A DNA stretch of 64,000 nucleotides, taken from an uncultured delta proteobacterium. Its GTDB lineage: Bacteria > Desulfobacterota > WTBG01 > CAIYCZ01 > CAIRTM01. Positions 9,603 to 16,925 of the stretch are shown here, piece by piece (within the stretch, counting starts at the first letter, position 1; each line of letters begins with the position of its first letter). The DNA is taken from contig CAWDSQ010000007.1 in NCBI GenBank assembly GCA_963804955.1, positions 256,001 through 320,000 of the forward strand, written 5' to 3'. Position numbers and translations under genes: made by a program. The notes under the pieces were generated by a model that was not told where the DNA came from, did not search any database, and saw only the letters and a program-made list of their open reading frames with translations.

Positions 9603-10723
9603 CTAAGTGCCGTCATTCTCAACAAGTGAATAGCTTGTGCTTCTGCCTCCTGCGGGATCCTTCTTCAGCAGGTTCTGTTTCACAAGGTCATCAATATCGC
9701 GACCGGCAGTATCCTGAGAACATTTTGTGATTTTTGCCCATTTTGACGACGTGAGTTTTCCTTCGAATCCATCAATCAATAGATTGAGCATATGTCGTTG
9801 GCGATCGTTCAACGGCTGCTGCGCAAGTTTTTTCCAAAGAGTTGCTTTGCGGATGACATTTGCCAATATGGTCTCGGCGCCATCGAACGCTCGATTGAGG
9901 CAGCTCAGGAACCAATCGAGATATTCCGTGATATCAAGATCGCCTTTCTGCATTTCTTCCAGACGAGTCGTAGTATTTTCCCTGTTCTGCCTTTATCTGG
10001 GCAGAGATGCTGTAAAAGCGCTGAGCGCTGCGCTCTGAGCGAGCCAGCATCATGTCAGCGAGCGCGCGACCGATGCGACCGTTTCCATCGTCGAAGGGAT
10101 GAATGGTCTCAAACCAAAGATGCGCTGTGGCGGCTTTAAGAATGGGATCGACATTGGGTTGCTCTGTATTAAACCACTTTATGAACGCACCCATTTCTTT
10201 ATCGATACGCGTTGCGGCAGGCGCTTCGTAGTGAACATGTTCGCGTCCATAGGGGCCGGAAACAACCTGCATGGGCCCGGATTCAGCCGTTCGCCATTTG
10301 CCGACAGTAATCTTCAAAAGGCCGCTGTATCCTGTCGGGAACAATGCTGCGTGCCAACCGAAGAGCCTCTCTTTTGTAATCGGTTTATCGTAGTTCTGTG
10401 TTGCATCGATGATCATTTGAACAACACCATCGACATTTCTGTCTGACGGTGTCAGTGCGCCGATATCGACGCCAAGCCGCCGCGCGAGAGAAGAACGAAC
10501 CTGATCCCGATTGAGCTGCTGCCCTTCAATTTCGCTGGATTTTACGACTTCCTCCGTCAGGGTGTCGCAAAACGGCTTCGTCGCGCAGCTTGATGCCGAA
10601 AGCCTCTATGCGCCCAAAGAGCTGCCCTTGCCGATAACGTACAGCAGCGAGTTTTTGTGCAAGATGGTCGTTATCCCAACGAAAATGGGGCCAATCGGCT
10701 CTTTGATATATGTAGGTAGTCAT
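9603..10723 (-). CDS. Fic-family protein (DUF4172 N-terminus, wHTH C-terminus), frameshifted twice
   Basis: YIYQRADWPHFRWD start, HPFDDGNGRIGR Fic motif, GGRSTSY end; spread over three frames. Confidence 0.88.
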
Positions 10724-10822
10724 AATCTCCGCACCTTTCGCGTAGATTATAGCACTTTTTCTCCGCATAAGCAATCATATTCGCCGCATATATTGCGGAG
10801 AATAAAGCGGCTAATCTCCGCA
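10724..10822. promoter_or_regulatory. Iterated TCTCCGCA/TGCGGAGA boxes upstream of fic
   Basis: Half-sites at about 10726, 10760, 10781, 10794 (inverted) and 10815. Confidence 0.6.
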
Positions 10823-11062
10823 ATTGATTGATCCTTGCTTTGGGCTGGGCAGACTAGAGATGAGGGTTGTTCAATACAAAGTTTGCCGCAGGAAGCACTT
10901 CCTGGGTGGGGGGATTTAGTAAGTGGTTGCCTGCTCTAACTCCCGCACGTTGTGCAAAATATGTATTCAGGAGCTGCGGAAAAGCTAAGTCAACAACGTC
11001 CCCCTAGTTAGACCTTTCTGCTCTATGTTAGTAGATGATAAAACCCTTTTTCAAATACCCCT

Positions 11063-12061
11063 TTACAGCCGGTTGCGACGTCTGGCTGAATGCCGATCCA
11101 TGCGCGAATGTTCGTCATCCTGCTTCCTGCCTGCGGGCTTTGCAAAAGCTGCAAGGTGCAGTATGTGCCCCTGGTGCTCAAAGGCAAACCCGATCACCGA
11201 GTCCGATTCAAGCCGTATGTCTTCACCCTCAGATACGGATTTGCGATGCTCTGCTGTTGCATCTGCCATGCCGGCGATAAACTGCCTTGCTGCGTCACCA
11301 TGAGATCCTTCAAGCTTCAGATCAGGATCATACCAGTCCGTGGCATCAAGGGCGTAGCTCTTCACAAGCTTTGCAAACACCTTCCCGAACGTGTCGGGTC
11401 CGGCAAAGCTGTCAAGGCCTGCAACTTTCCCGTTTATCAGAAATACAGCACCGGCCTGATTTTCGGCCCTGGTAAAGTTTTGCAGGTAGTCTTCAAGGGA
11501 AATTCTGTCCTTTTCGTAAATTTCTGACATGGCCATGCTACCGGATACGGCCTTCCTGCGCCGCGCCTTCTTGTCTATGGAATTCCATATCTCTCCCTGG
11601 TCAGAACAATAGGAGGCATTAATTTTGAGCGAGTGGTTTACGTGAACGGCCTTCTCCGCCCTGATATTCGGACAGAGCAGGCGCTCATGGCTGAAAAACT
11701 TGCCGGAGGCGTAGGACCACCGGCCCTGTTCCACGCAGCTCACCGGGATTATCACCTTTGACATGGCAGCGATGAGAATGGTGGCGTTGACGATACGGTT
11801 CTGCTTGGCCCCTACCAGCTCTTCGCCGTCCAGGATGAGCACCTGCTTGCTTGCCTTATTGATCACCTGCAGCTCAGGCACTGAGCCTCCCGTGCTCACC
11901 TCTCCAACTTCGATGAGCCCGCCCTGCAGCGCCTCGTCAAGAAGCAGGTAGTCGGCCTGTTCCGTACCACTGGTCAAAAGCGGCACCATGCTCAAATTTT
12001 TATAGGCTTGAGCCGGCCCCGTGGTGATGGTTGTGATATAGGTTTTAAGACTTTCGTTCAT
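11063..12061 (-). CDS. ARPP-1/DUF6569-like protein
   Basis: GSVPELQVIN...LILDGEELVGAKQNRIVN...IPVSCVEQGRW...QGEIW pattern. Confidence 0.8.
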   Translation of the reverse strand: MNESLKTYITTITTGPAQAYKNLSMVPLLTSGTEQADYLLLDEALQGGLIEVGEVSTGGSVPELQVINKASKQVLILDGEELVGAKQNRIVNATILIAAMSKVIIPVSCVEQGRWSYASGKFFSHERLLCPNIRAEKAVHVNHSLKINASYCSDQGEIWNSIDKKARRRKAVSGSMAMSEIYEKDRISLEDYLQNFTRAENQAGAVFLINGKVAGLDSFAGPDTFGKVFAKLVKSYALDATDWYDPDLKLEGSHGDAARQFIAGMADATAEHRKSVSEGEDIRLESDSVIGFAFEHQGHILHLAAFAKPAGRKQDDEHSRMDRHSARRRNRL

Positions 12062-12099
12062 GGCCTCTCCTTTGACTTTTCCGGTTAATCTTACCTTTA

Positions 12100-12131
12100 A
12101 GAATAGCAGGGCACTGTGTCAGGGAAGGTCA
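12100..12131 (-). promoter_or_regulatory. Candidate WYL-activated promoter of the ARPP-1 gene
   Basis: Minus strand TGACC-ttccc-TGACAC-N10-TATTCT. Confidence 0.45.
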
Positions 12132-12219
12132 AAACGAATTAAAAAATATTGTTATTTATTGTAAAAAATTGATATATTTTAATTTCATTGTGGTCTTTTT
12201 TTACGTCAGGGAGGATTTT

Positions 12220-13197
12220 ATGCCACGAGGAGATCAGCTGGCGCGTCAGTGGAAAATTATTCAGACCATAGTCTCGTCAAAAAAAGGCAAAACGGCAACC
12301 GAGCTGGCAACCGAACTCGAAGCAAACCCGCGAACCGTCTACCGCGACCTTCAGGCATTGCAGACAGCGGGGTTTCCGATATACACGGAAAGAGTGGGCG
12401 ATAAAAATTGCTGGACACTGCTTGATGCCATTAAAAACCAGATCCCGGTCCCGTTCGCATTTACCGAGCTCATGGCTCTGTATTTTTCAACCGATATGCT
12501 CAAAGCCCTTCACAATACAATTTTTTATGAAAACCTGGACTCACTGGCTAAAAAAATAAAAACCATCCTGCCTCCCGAGTCGCACAGATTCCTTGAAAAC
12601 GCGCGCAAGACTTTTTCTGTTCAGAAGAAGCACTATAAGGACTACGGCGGCTTCAAAGAGATAATCAACAAGGCTTCAGATGCCGCGCTGAAGCAGAAAT
12701 GCGTCACACTTGTCTACTGCTCCATGCCGGAGAAAAAAGAGACCCGGCGCACCGTAGATCCCTACCGCATCTGGTTTTTCAATGAGACCTTTTACCTGAT
12801 CGGCTACTGCCACCTGCGCAAGGAGCTCCGCTCTTTTGTGCTCGACCGGGTCAAATCCCTCACCGTTACTGATGAGGAGTTTGTCATCCCTGAAGATTTT
12901 GATTTTGATGCCCTGATGAAGGGCAGCTTCGGCGTTATCACCGGCCCGACTGAATCCGTGCGGATACAATTTGAGAAAGAAGTGGCCGGCTATATTGAAG
13001 AAAAGGTGTGGCACAGCAGCCAGCGCATTAACCGGGCCTCTGACGGGGCAATTATCTTTGAGGCCGACGTTGCAATAAATGAAGAATTTAAAAACTGGAT
13101 TTTAAACTGGGGATCAAACGCGATGGTTCTGGCGCCCGCATCGCTTGTTGCGGAGATTCAGGCAGAGATCGCCAAAATGGCTAACAGGTATAGCTGA
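12220..13197 (+). CDS. wHTH-WYL-WCX transcriptional regulator (PafC/YafY-like)
   Basis: RTVYRDLQALQTAGFPI HTH, RRTVDPY...FYLIGYCHLRKELRSFVLDRV, WILNWGSNAMVLAP; ATG 12220 after GGAGG. Confidence 0.93.
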   Translation: MPRGDQLARQWKIIQTIVSSKKGKTATELATELEANPRTVYRDLQALQTAGFPIYTERVGDKNCWTLLDAIKNQIPVPFAFTELMALYFSTDMLKALHNTIFYENLDSLAKKIKTILPPESHRFLENARKTFSVQKKHYKDYGGFKEIINKASDAALKQKCVTLVYCSMPEKKETRRTVDPYRIWFFNETFYLIGYCHLRKELRSFVLDRVKSLTVTDEEFVIPEDFDFDALMKGSFGVITGPTESVRIQFEKEVAGYIEEKVWHSSQRINRASDGAIIFEADVAINEEFKNWILNWGSNAMVLAPASLVAEIQAEIAKMANRYS

Positions 13198-13364
13198 TTT
13201 ATGGATGGATGCCCCCAGGATATTTCCTGCAGCACAGATAATTCAACTAATTCAACAACGCCCTTTATGCTCCCAATATGAAGCTAATAAAGAGGGGGAT
13301 GCAGGTAACCCCTATTCCAAGTGGCCACGACTAGGGGGTTTTGGGTGGCCGCCGGGGTTTATTT

Positions 13365-13775
13365 TTAAATAATACTTAAAATCGGCTCAAGACGCGGGTC
13401 AATGGCTTTCAAAAGTTTGGAAAATTTATCCAGGGATGGCTTTACTTTACCCTGTTCATATCTGCTGTAGGCAGCCGGTGAATTTGAACCAAGATTTTTC
13501 GCAACATCACGTACGCTCAAGTGAAGGCTGCTGCGTTGCTGTTTGAGCGCCAGGGCCATAAGCAGGGTGTCATTGCTGGAGCCCACCATGAAAGTATCTG
13601 CCGCCCCCTCTGTAACGGAAACAGTAAAGCCTTTTTCATCAATGATTGATTCAATGGCATCCTTTGCCATAAAATAAGCATCTTTTCGGCTCTTTCCCTG
13701 AGTATAAATCTTCAGCAAGGGTATTTCTACTGCCCACCATTTACCTGACCGGACAAGTTTGCCTTCTATTTTCAT
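13365..13775 (-). CDS. hicB: HicB-like antitoxin with C-terminal HTH
   Basis: WAVEIPLLKIYTQGKSRKDAYFMAKDAI plus XRE-like YSRYEQGKVKPS. Confidence 0.85.
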   Translation of the reverse strand: MKIEGKLVRSGKWWAVEIPLLKIYTQGKSRKDAYFMAKDAIESIIDEKGFTVSVTEGAADTFMVGSSNDTLLMALALKQQRSSLHLSVRDVAKNLGSNSPAAYSRYEQGKVKPSLDKFSKLLKAIDPRLEPILSII

Positions 13776-13972
13776 GTGCTCTCCTTTCTCTTGTTACCCG
13801 GATTGGCCAGCGCTGTTTTTACGATGGCCTCAGCGGTATATTCATTAATCTCTGTGTGCCGGGGCACCGGAATTTTCTGCTCTCCGTTTGTCCATTTCTC
13901 ATGGCTGCCGCCCTCGCCGTATTTCCACCAGCCAAGTTCTTGCAACCGCTTGATGAGAACTTTCTTTTTCAT
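13772..13972 (-). CDS. hicA: HicA toxin
   Basis: LQELGW...GGSHEKW...VPRHTEI; 4-bp overlap with hicB; upstream TGTATA-N8-TATACA palindrome at 13982-14001. Confidence 0.9.
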   Translation of the reverse strand: MKKKVLIKRLQELGWWKYGEGGSHEKWTNGEQKIPVPRHTEINEYTAEAIVKTALANPGNKRKEST

Positions 13973-14135
13973 ATTTTATATTGTATACATATTTATATAC
14001 ATTGCAAGTGTAAATAAACCGCTTCATTTTATTAGTGGCTGTTGTCCCGGATAAATTCCGTGAAGTGTCTGTCAAACAGGGGTAAGTTCAGCTGTCCACG
14101 ATTATTGCCTGAAAAACAAAACACCCTTTAATCCA

Positions 14136-14371
14136 GGATACAGTTTAAGAAAGAAGTGGCCGGCTATATTGAAGAAAAGGTGTGGCACAGCAGCCAGCGC
14201 ATAACCCGGGCACCTGACGGGTCAATTATCTTTGAGGCCGACGTTGCAATAAATGAAGAATTTAAAAACTGGATTTTAAACTGGGGATCAAACGCGATGG
14301 TTCTTGCGCCCGCATCGCTTGTCTCGGAGATTCAGGCTGAGATCGCCAGAATGGCTGGAAGGTACAGCTGA
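14136..14371 (+). pseudogene. Duplicated 3' end of the WYL gene
   Basis: 236-bp direct repeat of 12962-13197 with 16 mismatches by my count, ending at the same stop codon. Confidence 0.93.
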
Positions 14372-14421
14372 GGAGATTTGCTAGAAAACGAAACGGACTG
14401 AGCGATTTCAATTTGCTACAA

Positions 14422-14525
14422 TATGAACGCCTCGCAGACCTACTCAAGCAATTCAACTAATTCAACAACGTTATGCTCCCTAAAAAATTTTCTTGAAAAG
14501 GATTAAATAGAACCGTCCCCTTTTA
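14422..14525 (+). repeat. About 104-bp direct repeat, copy 2
   Basis: Matches 9434-9536 and ends AACCGTCCCCTTTTA. Confidence 0.9.
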
Positions 14526-14612
14526 CTTAAAGGAACTATTGGCGACAAATCCTTCGGCTTCCTGAGCGGCATCAAGCATGTGTTGAAGTCTTATTCTGTC
14601 ATCAGGCCTCAT
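14523..14612 (-). pseudogene. HEPN/DUF86 toxin truncated after 29 codons
   Basis: [29 protein letters not shown] overlaps the MNT stop; its stop codon is supplied by the end of the repeat. Confidence 0.8.
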
Positions 14613-14907
14613 ACTGCACCTCGGCCGTACTCAGAATCTCTTTGCGAAAGTACCGGCTTAATTCCTGCGGGGTGCGAAGGTCGGCCTTGTTGCCGAGCAA
14701 ATCGCTGAGTTCATTTTCCATATGGCAAAGAGAAAAAAAACCCGGCAGCATTTCATCGTAAAATTCAACCAGCAGATCAATATCGCTGTCCGGCCTCATC
14801 GCCCCTTTCAGGGCAGAGCCGAAAAGAGATAACCTTTTAATGCCATTGCGCCGGCAGAATTCAATGAGCCGGTCACGCGAAATTCGCTGATCGATTATGT
14901 TCGACAT
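14602..14907 (-). CDS. Minimal nucleotidyltransferase (MNT) antitoxin
   Basis: LFGSALKG...[10 protein letters not shown] (GSx10DxD). Confidence 0.92.
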   Translation of the reverse strand: MSNIIDQRISRDRLIEFCRRNGIKRLSLFGSALKGAMRPDSDIDLLVEFYDEMLPGFFSLCHMENELSDLLGNKADLRTPQELSRYFRKEILSTAEVQYEA

Positions 14908-15060
14908 ACATGCCTCGCCATTAATTTAGAGGGGTCCGGGTATCCACCCCTGGCTAATCAGGGACTCCCTGTTTGCTGTTTATAGACCTCTGCTTTTATT
15001 TCACCGCAAAAATTCCGTTGTTGACACAGTGCACAAACTCCCCCTTTTTGCATGTGTATT

Positions 15061-16014
15061 TTACCCCAACTCCTTATATTCTGTCAGCCTTTTAAATCGC
15101 CACTCCAGCCCGTCCATGCGGGGATAATATTTTTTATCCCTCGGCAGGATGATGGGCTTTTTATCCAGATCGAGCAATTCCTGGTAATCGCGGTTGCGTT
15201 TGTCGAGAAGCTTTGAAACATGCCACTTCAAATCCGGGCCGGGGGAAAGGATGTTTTTGTCCAGCGCCCAGTGAAAGCTGGGGGCAAGGGCAATGCCGTT
15301 GCAGGGATCATTGTCGCGTGATTCGGAGAAGGGGATAATATGCGCGGCTTCAACCATGACCGACCCATCGGGCAGGATCACCCGCCAGCCCGAGGCGGCG
15401 CAGCGGTAGTCATATGCTTCGCGCACCACGCGTGAAAACGCCGCATCGCGGACTTTGTCGTTGTAGGTGCTGCAACATTCAGCCACTTTTTCAGGTTCCT
15501 TCAGGCAGTTTTCATATACTGCTATCTGCTGCTCTTCGGCTACAACGGTGCGGATCTGTTCGCGGCTTGCCGGGAACCACCGGTCTATGAGAGTTTGTCG
15601 CAAAATATCGCGATCCGGGGCAGAGGAGATCAGGCTGAACAGATCATCATCAAGGAATGCATATTCAAAATTTTCCGTTATCTGCGATGGGCCGCGCACG
15701 GTTGACAGCGCTGCGACTACAGCCTCGCGGCCGGGAATCGGCTTGAGATGCCAGAAGGATTCCCCTTTGTATAGATGAAAAAATGGAAAATACGGATTGC
15801 AGGCATCGCCTGGCTGCTGCACTGTCTGGAAAAATGATTTAAAAATATCAAGAAGGTTTTGGTTATAGAGGATTTTATTTTCTTTGAGAAACCCTGCCTC
15901 GGCCAGGGCCAGTACGGCCAGCAGCATGACCGGCTTGTGGGGGCTGACATGCTCCCCTGAACGGTTTACATGCAGCTTCGAGAAGGCGTGTATGTAGTAT
16001 TCAAGATCAGGCAT
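15061..16014 (-). CDS. HNH restriction endonuclease with putative N-terminal sulfur-binding (SBD-like) domain
   Basis: N-terminal PHKPVMLLA and NPYFPFFHL; C-terminal RDAAFSRVVREAYDYRC...EAAHIIP...NGIAL...HWALD. Confidence 0.82.
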   Translation of the reverse strand: MPDLEYYIHAFSKLHVNRSGEHVSPHKPVMLLAVLALAEAGFLKENKILYNQNLLDIFKSFFQTVQQPGDACNPYFPFFHLYKGESFWHLKPIPGREAVVAALSTVRGPSQITENFEYAFLDDDLFSLISSAPDRDILRQTLIDRWFPASREQIRTVVAEEQQIAVYENCLKEPEKVAECCSTYNDKVRDAAFSRVVREAYDYRCAASGWRVILPDGSVMVEAAHIIPFSESRDNDPCNGIALAPSFHWALDKNILSPGPDLKWHVSKLLDKRNRDYQELLDLDKKPIILPRDKKYYPRMDGLEWRFKRLTEYKELG

Positions 16015-16138
16015 GGCAGCTCATGTAATAATGAATATTATTGAACTGTTCTTGTGAAGCAGGAAGAGTATAAAATAGAATAAAAGGCTAAAGCAACTAC
16101 TCTTTTGTTATTTTTAAATAAATCAGTAAAATCTTTGC

Positions 16139-16298
16139 GAGCTGTGAGTTGGGAGTCGTGAGTTGGGAGTTGTGAGTTCGGAGTTCGGAGCGCAGGGGCA
16201 CGGTGCACGTGCCGTAAAGTTCGGAGTTGGGAGTTGGGAGCGTAGGGGCACGGTGCGCGTGCCGTAAAGTTGGGAGTCGTGAGTTCGGAGTTCGGAGT
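16139..16298. repeat. Tandem heptamer repeats (GAGTTGG/GAGTTCG) with two GTAG-type REP hairpins
   Basis: Repeated GAGT(T/C)(G/C)(G/T) units and two copies of G(C/T)AGGGGCACGGTGC(A/G)CGTGCCGTAA. Confidence 0.8.
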
Positions 16299-16348
16299 AA
16301 AAATTCAGCAGCCGGGAGTCAGAAAAAACAGCCACCTCTCCCCCATCA

Positions 16349-16489
16349 GAGACTGTGTCGCAATTAACTTTGCTGTCATCTCGACCGAAGGGAGAGATCT
16401 TTGTAGTAAGTAAAATCAAGGGCTTAAGATTTCTCACCGCCTGCGGCGGATTCGAAATGACATTAATAAATCAATTGTGACACAGCCTC
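16349..16489. mobile_element. MITE family A copy 3 (TSD TCA)
   Basis: GAGACTGTGTCGCAATT...AATTGTGACACAGCCTC flanked by TCA, inserted in the loop of a CTCCCCC..GGGGGAG hairpin. Confidence 0.92.
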
Positions 16490-16560
16490 TCAGTGGCGTA
16501 GGGGGAGAAAACCGGCAAGTTGGAAATTGCTGCACTACGGAGGCAGAAGATTGCTCATTA

Positions 16561-16602
16561 TGGCGGGGACGAATCCCGACTGCAATCGGGACGACCTTCG
16601 GC
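16561..16602 (-). repeat. Degenerate duplicate of the tRNA-Asp 3' half (att-like)
   Basis: TGGCGGGGACGA and CGACCTTCGGC match the tRNA; the T-arm is replaced by the palindrome ATCCCGACTGCAATCGGGA. Confidence 0.7.
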
Positions 16603-16628
16603 CTCAGGTTCTGCTCTTACCCTTAACT

Positions 16629-16662
16629 AAAAAAAGCACTTAACCGATGAGGCTAAGTGCTT
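16629..16662 (-). terminator. Terminator after the tRNA-Val/Asp pair
   Basis: AAGCACTTA..TAAGTGCTT stem with an A run on the plus strand. Confidence 0.7.
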
Positions 16663-16670
16663 GAAAAATG

Positions 16671-16747
16671 TGGCGGGGACGACGGGACTCGAACCCGCGA
16701 CCTTCGGCGTGACAGGCCGACGTACTAACCAACTGTACTACGCCCCC
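16671..16747 (-). tRNA. tRNA-Asp(GTC), CCA encoded
   Basis: Cloverleaf with GGGGGCG/CGTCCCC acceptor, anticodon loop CTGTCAC, GGTTCGAGTCC T-arm. Confidence 0.97.
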
Positions 16748-16774
16748 GCGTATCATATGCTGTTGTCAAATTTA

Positions 16775-16847
16775 TGGGCGATACTGGGTTCGAACCAGTG
16801 ACCCTCGGCTTGTAAGGCCGATGCTCTCCCAGTTGAGCTAATCGCCC
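16775..16847 (-). tRNA. tRNA-Val(TAC), CCA not encoded
   Basis: GGGCGAT/ATCGCCC acceptor, anticodon loop CTTACAA, GGTTCGAACC T-arm. Confidence 0.96.
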
Positions 16848-16925
16848 TAAAAGAGATAACTTATCTCAAATAATTTCAAAAGTCAAACAAGAAAACAAAA
16901 AAAGCACAGCGCCCTGCCCCGTCTT

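Noticed and set aside
12962..14371. WYL 3' duplication as a DGR template/variable repeat pair
   Set aside because: Mismatches are not confined to adenines of one copy (several T/C and G/T changes) and no reverse transcriptase is present.
2403..14525. Junction motifs as integron attC sites or CRISPR repeats
   Set aside because: No RYYYAAC...GTTRRRY long imperfect palindrome, no regular repeat-spacer period, and no intI or cas gene in the window.
16674..16682. tRNA-Asp acceptor strand CGTCCCC equals the core of the junction motifs
   Set aside because: Only 7 bp, opposite orientation, and flanks are unrelated; probably coincidence.
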